From: Octopus vulgaris
Taxonomy: Eukaryota
NCBI GenBank assembly: GCA_951406725.2
Contig: OX597832.1
Span: 5,394,001 to 5,458,000 of the forward strand
Reading direction: 5' to 3'
Length of the DNA: 64,000 bases
Shown: one piece after another, positions 1 through 11,636 of the stretch
Layout of the letters: each line of letters begins with the position of its first letter
Numbering within the stretch: position 1 is the first letter of the stretch
Program-made: the position numbers and the translations under genes
The notes under the pieces: model-generated
Databases searched by the model: none
What the model was told of the DNA's origin: nothing
Seen by the model: only the letters and a program-made list of their open reading frames with translations

Positions 1-249
1 GATACCTTTGGATATCTGCACACTATCCAGTTGCAATCACAAAATATGAACTCTTATCGGAATTTATATACCATGAACAATAAGCCTCTTTATCCGTTCT
101 ACACAGCACATTCTTTGAATAATGGAACCACAACATTAACATTCAATATATGTGTTTCTCTTATTTCCTCGTATATTTCTTATATCTCTCGCTTTCCAAA
201 ATAACTTCTTATATTGAACTCTACTATTTCCTTCTATTTAACACTCTCA

Positions 250-301
250 TAATCTCTGATGATGGTATATCTTTTATATACCTGAAACAGCTGTAAGACT
301 A
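250..301 (+). ncRNA. Minimal type I hammerhead ribozyme motif (PLE pLTR-like)
   Basis: taatct-CTGATGA(256-262)-t-GGTATAT/ctttt/ATATACC-t-GAAA(284-287)-CAGCTG-TA-agacta: intact core, 7-bp stem II, palindromic stem III, GUA cleavage triplet. Confidence 0.8.
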
Positions 302-365
302 CCTTTCTCTTTATAAATGTCCTAGAAATTTCACACTGCCTCAGCTTTGTTGTCTCATTTTATTT

Positions 366-368
<3 letters not shown>

Positions 369-397
<29 letters not shown>

Positions 398-631
398 TGT
401 ATGTATGTATGTATGTATGTATGTATGTATGCATGTATGCGTGTATGTATGTATGCATGTATGCGTGTATGTATGTATATATGTATGTATGCGTGTATGT
501 ATGTATGTATGTATGCGTGTATGTATGTATGTATGTATGTATGTATGTATGTATGTATGTATGTATGTATGTATGTATGTATGTATGTATGTATGTATGT
601 ATGTATGTATGTATGTATGTATGTATGTATG
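369..631. repeat. (TATG)n microsatellite
   Basis: Direct reading; explains the MYVC/HTYI ORFs. Confidence 0.98.
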
Positions 632-665
632 AGCAAAGTAGCTTGATCTAACATCTCTATTAAAG

Positions 666-1180
666 TGTAAGTAGTAACAATATTGAAAATTAAAATTTGT
701 TGTCACTTCAACATAACTGTTCCGTACGGAACGACGTTACTGCCATTTTTTTAATTCCAGCAGGACATCTCCTCCAGATGGTAGTAACGAATTTCTGTAC
801 AGAACAGCCGTGTTGAAGTGACAACAAACATTACTTCTCAGTATTGTTACTACTTGTATCTCTTTTGGAGATTTTAGAACTAGCTACTTTATTGCAAAAT
901 CAGCGATTGAATGTTGTTTGTTTTTCTAAATACTGCGAGCTAGGACGAACAATTGCCATGCCTAGCAGACAGGTTTCCAGTACTGACAAAGGGAATCATC
1001 CTGAAAAAGACCGGTCTACTGGTCTTGTTACCGTTAGATGGTAGGGGTTCGTTTCCCTGCTCGCAATATATCGGACCCACATTGTGTCGTTAGCCAGTTG
1101 GAGATGTCCTCCTGGGGTTAAAAAATGGTAGTAACGTAGTTCCGTACGGAACAGCCATGTTGAAGTGGCAAAAAACATTA
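666..1180 (+). mobile_element. Penelope-like mini-element with tandem and inverted terminal copies
   Basis: 698-772 is the reverse complement of 1100-1175; 778-834 is a direct copy of 1125-1180; hammerhead motif inside. Confidence 0.65.
977..1022 (+). ncRNA. Type I hammerhead ribozyme motif, core mutated (CTGACAA)
   Basis: CCAGTA-CTGACAA-AGGG/aatca/TCCT-GAAA-aagaccg-GTC-TACTGG: perfect 6-bp stem I, palindrome GACCGGTC. Confidence 0.7.
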
Positions 1181-1663
1181 CTTATATATGTTTTAGTGCA
1201 GAATTGTATTTCTGAATTATTAAATATCATTTTTCAGGATTATATTTTCTTCAATGCATTCCGACAGGCTCTTTTCCGAACATCATCAGGAGTCTTTATT
1301 TATTGATAGTTCTAAGGACGCGCTAATATAGTGTTCTGGGATGAAATACTGGCAAGATATATAAACTGTATTAAATTTAGGAAGTTGAAGGTAATCAGAT
1401 AGTAAATGAACGAACTGAAGTGTAAAATTTAGATACGAACAATTAGGCTAATGTTTTCAGGAGGTCAAGTAAATGTCTATCTACATAATGAAGTGGACCG
1501 AGTAATTTAAATTGATTATAATTACATCCATGGGACATATTCATTAGTGTGATGGTCAATTCTGGTCAAGAAAAGCAGGAGAAACAACCCTGATATTTTG
1601 AGTTGATCTGTGAAAATCGTCACTTCAGTGTTTGTAAAATTACCGAATACGTAGGTGTGTGTG

Positions 1664-1878
1664 CAGGGGGATGCTGAAAAGTTCCTAGCTTTAGGTAAAA
1701 GAAAATATAGGAGGATCAGTTAATTATGATTTTATTCAACATATCCTCCTGTCAGATTCACATACTTATTGTAGCAGTCCTTCAGTTTTTTTAAGTCCTG
1801 TAAAAGGACTCGAGAAGGTTGGGCCTCCAACTAGGTCTTTCGTGATACCCTTAAAGCTAAGAATTTTTCAGTACCCTG
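1664..1878. mobile_element. Mariner-like MITE
   Basis: Imperfect TIRs cagggggatgctgaaaagttcctagcttta / taaagctaagaatttttcagtaccctg. Confidence 0.6.
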
Positions 1879-1879
1879 T

Positions 1880-2400
1880 CGTAAAAGTTCGTGCAGCATG
1901 ATTTTAAAATAATTTAAGATGTATTTCGTCGCAAAATGTGTGTCGCATCTGCTGACAGATGAAGAAGAAGAGAGCTGAGTCAGAGTCAGTTGGCAGCTAT
2001 TTGATCACTCGAAAGCTGATACAAAGTCACTGAAAAATATAACAGGGAACGAAATATAAGTGTACGTCTACGATGTCAAAATAAATAAATAAAAAAAATA
2101 ATAAAAACAGCAATTGTCGCAGTGGCTTGCATCACCGTCACTGTGACACACAAATTAGAAAGTGATGCTGACAGTGTGTGTGTATATATTTTTTCGTATT
2201 GGAAGTGACGTTGACAATCACGTTCATTCCACATGTGGTCAGACGATCAATAAAGTGACGCGTTTGAGTTGAGGCAGCACCGGGAAGAAGACTGAGGCAG
2301 AAACAAACACAACCCAGATGATGCACCACGACAGCACAGCACATCTGCTCACACATCACCCACTATCTATGACACTTTGCTAAAGCACAATACTACTCTA
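1880..2400 (+). mobile_element. Decayed mariner transposase relic
   Basis: Translates in pieces to VAKCVSHLLTDEEE..ITGNEI*VYVYD..HHD, matching mariner motifs (xVPxxLT, ITGDExWVY, HHDNA). Confidence 0.65.
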
Positions 2401-2634
2401 CCTTGAGACTGAATTTGGCAAATGGAGTCTGCGAGGAAGCCCTTCTATATGTGTGTGTGTGTGTATCCAAACGAAGCCGCTGGTCAATGACTGAAACAAA
2501 TAAAAGATAAAATAAACACAAATTTAGTCATATTCTTTCTATACTGGAAACATTTTCGTATTGGAATTCGATCTAAATTTTTATTAGTTTTAAGGTGATC
2601 AAACGACTCAAATAGGATCGGATACTCACGTACT

Positions 2635-3332
2635 CATAATCCTTCTATTATAAGCACAAGGCCTGAAATTTTGATGGAGGTGTTAGTCGATTACATCGAC
2701 CCAGTGTTCGACTGGTATTCATTTTATCGATCCCAAAAGGATGAAAGCCAACTCAGAATGTAAAGCCGGAATATCCATGAAGGAAGAGAATGTAAAGCCG
2801 GAATATCTGGAATGAAGAGAATGTTTACAAGACTCATGCACATCACTCGCATTCCTTATTCCAAAGATGAACTCACGTACGATGGAAGTCTTTAAACTTT
2901 TCAAGGAACCTAAAAGGTTGTTTCAAAGCCAGCAATCTTGGTGCATAGTATAAAGCCAGCAATCTTAATATATAGAGCGATCCCAAAAGGATGACAGACA
3001 AAATCGAACTTGGCGGTATTTTAATTCAGAACGTAAAGAGTCGGAAGAAATGCCGCTTAGCATTGCGTCCTACTAACGATTCTGCTAGTTTACCATCTTA
3101 ATAGACCTAAAAATAATGGTTTCAAATATTTTTTACAAGACCAGTAAATTTAGGGGAGGCTTAAGTCAATTACATCAGCCTCGGTGGTCTGTTGGTACTT
3201 CTATCGACTTTAAAAAGGACGATATGCCCAGATGACCTCGGCGGAATTTGAACCTAGAACGTAAAGAGTCAGAAGAAATGCCGCGAAGTATTTTATCCGA
3301 AGAGCTAACGATCCTACCAGCTCGCCACATTA
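2635..3332 (-). mobile_element. Cluster of decayed SINE copies (family A)
   Basis: Repeated ttttatcgaccccgaaaggatgaaaggc / gaatttgaactcagaacgta / aacgattctgccagctcgcc modules. Confidence 0.75.
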
Positions 3333-3752
3333 ATAAACTCCAAAATAACTAAAAAAGAAAAAAAAAACCACATTCATATCACAATTAAGCGTAGAAATTT
3401 ATTTCAGAATAAAAACTGTTAAGTGCTACTCGCTCAATGAATTATGTAACACTCGTTTTCTTTGTACGTGTTAATCATTAAGTTTGTATTTGCAAATAAA
3501 TCACAGTTCTTGCCTCGTATAAATCCTTATGAATGATTTTTTTTGTTACTCTTTTCTAAAGAAAAAAAAACATTTGTTTTTGTTGTCTAGTTTCAGTTAT
3601 AAGACTCATAAACAGATCACGTGGCCTTGCCACCAATTTTAGCTTAAATCACTGATCCTTGATCGTAAATGTTTCATTATTTGGTTAGTCACCAAGTATT
3701 TTGATTTGTTATAATTTTGTGATCGAACTCTATTTATTTATTTATTTATTTA

Positions 3753-4045
3753 CGACCAGGCTATCAGATGTTGCTACACATCGCTGGTCACAATGCGCTT
3801 CGCATTGTATTAGCCTTCAAATGACGCCAACCCGCTGGCTAAGCGAGCAGGCCAACAGAAGAAAGAGTGAGAGAAAGTTGCGGCGAAAGAGTACAGCAGG
3901 GATCGCCACCACCCCCTGCCAGAGCCTCGTGGAGCTTTAGGTGTTTTCGCTCAATAAACACTCACAACGCCCGGTCTGGGAATCGAAACAGCGATCCTAC
4001 GATCGTGAGTAGCTGCCCTAGCCACTGGGCCATTGCGCCTCCACC
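3753..4045 (-). mobile_element. tRNA-derived SINE (family C) with RTE-like 3' tail
   Basis: Minus strand head ggaggcgcaaTGGCCCAGTGG (A box)..GTTTCGATTCC (B box); tail resembles the 3' end of the RTE at 10053. Confidence 0.85.
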
Positions 4046-4379
4046 GAACTCTTTTACGATAGCGAATACAAAGACCGAAATGTGGTTCATCCAAAGGGTC
4101 TCTGATGTAACATTACTCGACAGAGTACGGAGCTCGGGGATCAGGGAATGACGGAATTCTACTTTAAGCACGCCATATAAACTTGTAACGAACTTGGAGT
4201 GAGTGAATATAACTCTCTTGTACTTTCGGGGTACAAGAGGCAATCACTAGCCGTTGCTTTAATAATCCAGAATTCTACTAGTCAGAAACAACAAGACGCA
4301 GACGTAAAATATATATATACTACTTTATTCTCTTTCTTGGTAACAATAACAATAAGTGGTTATCTGATGTCCTTGGTTC

Positions 4380-4790
4380 GGGGCGCGCAAGGCTGAAAGT
4401 TAATCGATTGTAATATTTACAATATTCAGCCGCTAAAACCAGAACGGGTTCAAGATGGCGTCGAACAGGGAAGTTGAATGTGGTCGGCAACAATTTGGTT
4501 AAAAGCTTTCGGCCGACTGCTATCAAAGCTGGACAGCGAGAATACACGTCCGTCTCCTTCGGTCGCAGCTGTCCCAAGTCGCCGCTGCTGCTGGACGCTG
4601 GTGGTCAACGTCTTACGACCCCCTTGCCTCGGCTAACTGCTACGTAGGCAAAAGGGTTCTTCTTCCGGTGCTTCGCGCATGCGCGAGAGGGCCCTTCCTC
4701 TCTCTGCCTGGGTAAAGGCACCAACACGCGCGAAATACAAATGGACGGTGCGCGAGCGCGCGCCGTTATAGGATCACTACAAACTCAACT
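4380..4790. promoter_or_regulatory. CpG-island-like promoter candidate
   Basis: GC/CpG-rich stretch not repeated in the window; YY1-type CAAGATGGCG 4451-4460, ETS-type CTTCCGG 4662-4668, NRF1-type TCGCGCATGCGCGA 4673-4686, ACTACAA 4776-4782. Confidence 0.7.
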
Positions 4791-5432
4791 TTTTTTTTTG
4801 AATATTTTCTGAAAATTTTTTGAATTTATGTTCTACACACGGGAATTCATACGATTATGAAAAAAAAAATTTATTTAGTATTTTCGAAATTAGAATTTTA
4901 AAAAATTTTCGATTTTTTTCAAAATCACAGTTTAAAATAGTCCGAACTTTTGGCCTAAATCCTAGCAATAGACAATTAAATGTGTTTATGGGGATAAAAG
5001 TTTTGAAAAACCTCAATACGTCACAATGACAAACAAATGAGGACAGTATAAGGTGCTCGTGAGACGTGCTAAAAATAACAGCTAAATATCCCTTAACTTA
5101 CACAATATTTTTGGTGGGTTTTTGCATAGTCGTATGAATTCCCGTGTGTAGAACACAAATTCGCAAAAACTTTCTGAAAGTCCCTCCTCCCACAAAAAAA
5201 AAAGCTCTGGGGGATTATATGACCTTGGGTGTAGACCATGAATGAGATGTCTGGATTATATACTTAATCTCATCTGGTCGCACTTGCGAATCCAGCCGGA
5301 AAGTGTGATGACGGTTGCTTCTGATAGGACCTTATGGAGGAGGTGCCCGAGAACTCTGCCCATAAATCTCCTAGGAATAGCGGGTGGAAAAGATGGATGG
5401 ATAATTTTGTGGTTAATAAAAATGAGTTATAA

Positions 5433-5645
5433 CGCGGCGAGCTGGCAGAATCGTTAGCACGCCGGACAAATGCTTAGCGGCATTTTGTCCGTTTTTACGT
5501 CCTGAGTTCAAATTCCACCGAGGTCGAATTTGCCTTTCCCTATTTCAGGGTCGATAAAATAAGTATCAGTTAAGCAATGGGGTGGGTGTAATAGACTTAC
5601 CCCTCCCCCAAAATTGATGGCTTTGTGCCAAAATTTGAAACCAAT
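5433..5645 (+). mobile_element. SINE family A
   Basis: gcgagctggcagaatcgttagcacgcc..gagttcaaattcc..ggtcga..tttgcctttc..ggtcgataaaataagta. Confidence 0.85.
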
Positions 5646-6142
5646 GTAATTTAGTTAGACTGAATTATACTTGCCGTTGTATTTAGTCTTTGGTTGAGGT
5701 TATGAACTGCTTTACATTAAAGATATGAAAGTGTCCTTATCACTATACATACGTTTTAATGGTATATCCGAAGGAAAAAAGGGTTATGATCATGACCCTT
5801 TTTAAGGCTTCTGTGAATGGAAGGAAATAAGTTATCCTCAACCGGGATATCTAGTTTGAATGGTTGCAACAGAATGATCTCTATAAAAGCGTCATTCGAC
5901 CAGGTGGTGGTGCTAAAGTGAAAGGCAGATTAAGTCGGATTAAAGTATTAAATTGATATATTACACGCATAGAAAAAGAAAAATTATTCAGCATTTTTTC
6001 AAATCATAAGCTTTAACGATATGTAGCTCCTGTGTGTGTATGTGTGTATGTGTTGTGTGTTGTGTGCACGTGTATGTATGTATGTATGTATGTATGTATG
6101 TATGTATGTATGTATGTATGTATGTATGTATGTATGTATCTA

Positions 6143-6985
6143 TGTTATTATTCAGTTTATATCAAGGTTTCTTGCCAATGGAGAAACCTAGATTTCTAAC
6201 CTAGATCCAAGGCTTTCTAACCTAGATCCAGTTTCTAACCTCGATCCAAGGCTCCTTCATTGGAATTTCAACATCAGAAACAGGGTATCTTTGTTTGTAT
6301 GTATGCATGTATGTATGTATTATGTATGTGCGAATTTGTATGTCTATGTATTCTCATGCATATAGTTGCATATTTAGACAGGCTCATATATATTTAAATG
6401 ATAAACTTCTGGAAAGTTTTACAGATTTTTACAGTTCCAGTGATGGAATGGATTTGTAGTCTTCGAATTAGCTTTCTCCTTTCTGGTTTTGAGAAGCCTA
6501 ATTTCTCAAGATTGGTATTTAGGCAGTGTATTACATATCCCAGGGCCCCAATAATTACAGGTACAAACCTGAACTTGTAATCTAGATAGAGTAACAGTAG
6601 ATTTCTCAATAGTTTAACATAGGTGTTCTATTTTTTCTGAAAGCTGAATGTCAGCATAAAGCTGATCTTCCGCTTTATGCTAACATCCGCTGGGCAGCAA
6701 ATTTCCACAACTGTGCACAGTTTCTCTTCTCTATCCCAAATCATTATATCGGGTCTGTTATGCTTACATTTTATTGAGGTCTTCACTGGGACATTCCACC
6801 AGTATTCCTTTTTATCATGAGTGGCTATGGCTTCTACCATATTGTGGGTTCTTATTTCTTTGCCTTCGGGATTATCCCTTCGACGGATTTCACTATAGTG
6901 TCTTAGCTACATCATTTCTCATCGGTAGATAAAACCGTGATGACATTTTCGGACAACTGCTGTGAGTGATATCTTTAGTGTGGTA
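6143..6985 (-). mobile_element. 3' fragment of RLE-type non-LTR retrotransposon (R4/Dong-like)
   Basis: ORFs 6628-6840 and 6394-6609: YWWNVPVKT..HNRPDIMIWD..VVEICCP..VPVIIGALG (restriction-like endonuclease); flanked by (TATG)n. Confidence 0.85.
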
Positions 6986-7179
6986 TGTATGTATGCATGT
7001 ATGTACAAATAAAAACAAACAAATGAAAATTAGATATCAGACAGTATAAATTCTTGGTTCTTGATTTATTGAAATTTACTCAGCTTCCAGGGAAGGCAAA
7101 ATATGTTATCGCCTGGCGGCAATTACGATCAGTTCCAAATGAGAAGGGGTGATAATCCCGTGAGTAAAGAATTCTCTAA

Positions 7180-7430
7180 ACTGGTTTCAAATTTTCGCAC
7201 TAGGCCAGCAATGTCGAGAGAAGGCGCAAGTCGAATACATGAACTCCAGTCGCCAACTGATACTTATTTATCAACTCCGAAAGGATGAAAGGCAAAGCCG
7301 GCCTCGGTAGGGTTTGAACGCAGAAAGTAAAGACGAACGAAATGCTGCTAAGTTGAGCACTGGGGTTGATGAAATCGACTAGTCCCCTTCTTCCAAATTT
7401 CAAGCCTTGTGCCTGTAATAGAAAGGATTG

Positions 7431-7472
<42 letters not shown>

Positions 7473-8635
7473 AATATTATTTCAATTTTTAGACCAGGTG
7501 ATATGCTGTGTCCTTGAGCAAAACACTTCGCCTCACGTTGCTTTGCGATCACTTCGACACCTGACGCGTAGTGCACAGTGATCTTGTTCTGACAACGTCG
7601 GGATGGGTAGAAAGTGAGCTAATGTGCAGCACGAACATTTGATCACTATAAACAAATCATTTGTGCAAGTCGTTCAGCAAAAGCTGAACGCTCATGCGCC
7701 GTCTTCTCTATCATTATTATTATAAAGCAACAAGCTAGCATACGTCGGATAAAATGCATAGCGGTATTTCTTCCGGCTGGTGGTGAGCTGGCAGAAAAGT
7801 TAGCACGCCGGGCGAAATGCCTAGCGGTATTTCGTCTGCCGTTACGTTCTGAATTCAAATTCCGCCGAGGTCGACTTTGCCTTTCATCCTTTCGGGGTCG
7901 ATAAATTAAGTACAAGTTACGCACTGGGGTCGATATAATCGACTTAATCCGTTTGTCTGTCCTTGTTTGTCCCCTCTGTGTTTAGCCTCTTGTGGGTAGT
8001 AAAGAAATAGGTATTTCTTCCGGCTTTATGTTCTGAGTTCAAATTCTTCCGAGGCGGACTTCACTTTTTATTCTCTCGGGGTCCATAAAATAAGTACCAA
8101 ATGAGAACTAGTGTCGATGTAATCGACTAGTCTCTTCCCACAAAAATCGCTGGCCTAGTGCTAAAATTTGGGACCATAAAGCGATGAGTTGGCAGAATCG
8201 TTAACGAGCCGAACAAAACGCTCAGCGGCATTTATTCAGGCTTTACGTTTTGAATTTAAATTTTGCCCTAATCGACTTTGCTTTCATCCTTTCGCGGTCT
8301 ATGAAATAAACACCAGCTAAGTACCGGATTCCTACCTCATATTTCAGGCCTAATGTTTATAGTAGAAAGGATTAGAAGACGATTCACACGATGTAATTAT
8401 TCGTTTAGTATCAAGGCTGCGAGGTGGCACAGTCGTTAGCACTTCGGGGAAAATGCTTAGCGGCATTTCATCCGTCTTTGTGCTCTCTGAGTTCAAATTC
8501 CGCCGAGGTCGACTTTACCTTTCGAGGTCGATAAAATAAAAACCAGTTGAACACTAGGGTCGATGTAATGGACTCACCCCCGCCCTCACCAAAAAAAAAA
8601 AAATTTACTCGCCTTGTACCAAAATTTGAAATCAA
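7180..8635 (+). mobile_element. Dense array of SINE family A copies and fragments (best copy about 7780-8010)
   Basis: At least six recurrences of the family A head and central module; the first copy is on the minus strand. Confidence 0.85.
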
Positions 8636-9298
8636 TATGGTATTTTATAAAAACATTTTTCATATTCATGGATTTTTTTTTTTACATTGATGACCGAAAT
8701 GAAAATAACGTAAAAAGTTTAGTTTATTTATTTATTTATTCATTTATTCGAACTTATCTTTTTACAAGAAATGCGTATTTGAGTGTCGGTGAGGGCATTA
8801 GAAACTAAAAATTTTCAAATCAAACTAAGCTTGTTTTTCTTTCAGTTCTAGTTTTTTCCCCAACCATAACATTTACTGACAGTCTGTGCTAATATTTACG
8901 TAATGATTAATATATATTTATTTATTCAATCCCATATGTAACGGTAAACTAATTTTCAGTTCACCTGTCCAGCTGACAATTTTCTCATATGACATAAAAC
9001 CGAAATACACATACAGGCGTCTATGTATATATGTGTGATAAAAACCTTGCTTCCCAGTCACATAGCTCCGGGTTCAGTCCCACTGCGTGTCATCTTCGGC
9101 AAGTGTCATCTACTCATAGCACCAGGCCAACCAAAGCCTTGTGAATGGATTTGGTAGAAGGAAACTGAAAGAAGCTTACTGTATATCTATCTATCTATAC
9201 ATATGTATATATGCATACATATATACATATACATACATATATACATAAATACATACATACAGACACACACACATGCACGTACACACGCACACACGCAC

Positions 9299-9335
<37 letters not shown>

Positions 9336-9373
9336 ACTTTAGGAATGGGAACCCAGGTTCGAAATTTCTCCAA

Positions 9374-9419
9374 GACACCTGATAAAGGCTGGAGGGTATA
9401 TCAGCCGAAACGTTGTGTT
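9374..9419 (+). ncRNA. Ultra-minimal hammerhead motif, core mutated (CTGATAA)
   Basis: GACAC-CTGATAA-a-GGCTG/gagggtatat/CAGCC-GAAA-CG-TT-GTGTT; stem III is only the palindrome AACGTT. Confidence 0.7.
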
Positions 9420-9533
9420 AGCAACAAACAAGACGAGGACAAATATCCGTCAAATGTAAATAATTTAAATAATGTGTGTATGTATATATATATATATATA
9501 TACGATAAAAACCGCGGTAGTTGAGTTTAACCC

Positions 9534-9586
9534 TCGACTGATGGGGATTAAGATAGTCTAAATGAAAATCCGAAATCACGATCCGG
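9534..9586 (+). ncRNA. Degenerate hammerhead motif
   Basis: tcga-CTGATGG-GGATT/17 nt/AATCC-GAAA-TCACGA-TC-cgg, in a ~230-bp element between (TA)n tracts. Confidence 0.55.
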
Positions 9587-9981
9587 CTATGTACGCTGGG
9601 GACTTACCTTCCTTTGCCAGTCACTTAAGACAGTGCGTTTGTGACTTTGAATTAGTTTAACTCTTATCTTCAGCAAAAGCGGTGCTAGTCAGTACCGTCT
9701 GACACTTTTGTGACCTCTATTAAAATTGACTTTATATATATATAACAGAGGTAGAAACTGATCAATCCATGATGTATCGTTAATGGTAAATGTTTTTGAT
9801 TTTCACTCTCGATGAATTTATCTTTTTTTTGTGTCCCTAGCACTTGGCATCCTTATTTAGGAGCCCTTAATTATATTTCTATATGAATAATATTTTTCTA
9901 TATGAATGATATTTTGTCTAATGACTAATTCGTCTTTTGTGCTGGGCCACTGGTAGTAATCTATGTTATTACCCTTTTTTG

Positions 9982-10048
<67 letters not shown>

Positions 10049-10052
10049 GTAT

Positions 10053-11334
10053 ATCACTTTGATCACTTTGACCGACCAGTCCGTCAGGCGTCCAGTTGAC
10101 ACCGCTGGTCACAGCACGCTGTCCACTCCTCTCTGGATCACGCCTTTCTCATCCACGTAGATCCCAATCGTCCTCTTGAAATCGTCTCTCCACCGTCGTG
10201 GAGGTCTTCCGGTGGTCTTTCGCTCACGCGGTACCACTCGACAACTGCGTGCGTCCACCGATTATCGGTGAGCCGGGCGACGTGTCCAGCCCATCTATAC
10301 TTGCTGCGAGTATACTCTGCGATGACATCTCTCACGCCAGACTTCTTTCTGATGATGTTGCTATTTATGTGCTCTCTCAACGAGATACCAAGCATTGACC
10401 TTTCCATGGCTCTTTGAGCCGTTATCTCTTTGCTCTTCTTCTGTGGTAGCCCATGTTTCACTACCATATAACATTGCAGGCAGAACTGCACTGTTAATGA
10501 GGTTGGCGCGGGTGGTCCTGTCCAACCTTCCCTTGAGCACATCCCTTATGCCATTGAACGCCTTCCATCCGGCCCTTACTCTCCGTGAGATCTCCTTTTT
10601 GATATCCCGGCACATATTTACTTCCTGTCCCAGGTAGACATATTCTCTCACCTCCTCTCTATTTCATCACTGCCGATCACCATTCGACCTGTTGGTACGT
10701 TGTCTGACCGCATGAACTTTGTTTTCATGCGGTTCATCTTGAGACCTACTGCAGAACTTTTGATGTCGAGCTCCGTTAGCATGGTCTGAAGCTGATCCAT
10801 GTTTTCAGCGATGAGTACGATGTCGTCAGCGAAACGAAGGTGAGTGAGGAGCTCGCCATTGATGTTGACACCACCTTGCCATTCGATGCCTCTGATGATC
10901 TGTTCGAGACATGCAGTGAAAAGTTTTGGGGAGATTGTATCTCCCTTCTCGACCGGCACTCGTATGGGTGATGACAGTAGAGCTATGTCGGTGGTGCATC
11001 CGGAATTTGCCTCTCTGAGCAGCTGCACATATTGCGCTTCGATTCCTTGCCTCTGCAGCGAGTTCAGCACTGCGTTGGTTTCGACGCTATCGAAGGCCTT
11101 CTCATAATCTATAAACGCAACGCAAATAGGCAGCTTGTACTCATTTGCTCGTTCAAGCAGTTGCGTTAGAGCAAATATATGGTCCATTGTGCTGTAGTTC
11201 TTCCGGAAGTCTGCTTGCTCCCTCGGTTGTTGTTCGTCGAGACGACGTGACAACCTGTTCAGAATTATCTTCGTGAACAGCTTGTACACGTGAGACAGCA
11301 GGCATATGGGTCGGTAGTTCTTTAGATCTTCTCT
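10053..11334 (-). mobile_element. 5'-truncated RTE-clade LINE (reverse transcriptase and C-terminus, frameshifted)
   Basis: NYRPICLLSHVYKLFTK..FIDYEKAFDSV..GDTISPKLF..LRFADDIVLIA; YVYLGQ; RWAGHVAR; tail next to (TA)n. Confidence 0.95.
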
Positions 11335-11636
11335 AATACAAAATGGGACAAGAACGCAAAACATCCGGACAGTTAGGTGATACAAAAATGAGACAACAAA
11401 TCATCCAGACAGACGATACAAAGAAAACAAGGACGGGTCATTCGAAGTTTTCTTTCCTCAGTCAAATACCAGATTATCCTCGCAATTTCGGTTGATTATA
11501 CTTGAGATTACTCCAATCTGGCCAGCCCCAAGGAAAAACTAAGCTACGAGCCTTAGGTTCCTTAGAAGAAAACAGTGAATGTATACAAAAACAAGGACGG
11601 AAAAAAAAAACGGACAAGGTTACACAAATACAAACC
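11335..11636 (-). mobile_element. PLE pLTR-like repeat (same family as 22196-22940)
   Basis: Homologous to 22196-22470; carries CTGAGGA..GAAT..GTC motif on minus strand. Confidence 0.55.

Noticed and set aside
347-706. MYVC/HTYI/CVCV/YIYI ORFs here and throughout (e.g. 15349-15936, 53703-54208, 56295-57135)
   Set aside because: Translations of microsatellites that lack stop codons; not proteins.
1257-1295. Minus-strand CTGATGA-tgttcg-GAAA..GTC
   Set aside because: Core words are present but stems I-III do not pair convincingly; could be chance or very decayed.
1239-1391. Possible plus-strand exon (ttttcag..gaag|gtaatc)
   Set aside because: Stops in all three frames and no recognisable peptide.
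4455-4502. ATG within the YY1 motif as a start codon
   Set aside because: Closes after 15 codons with no splice donor; at most a uORF.
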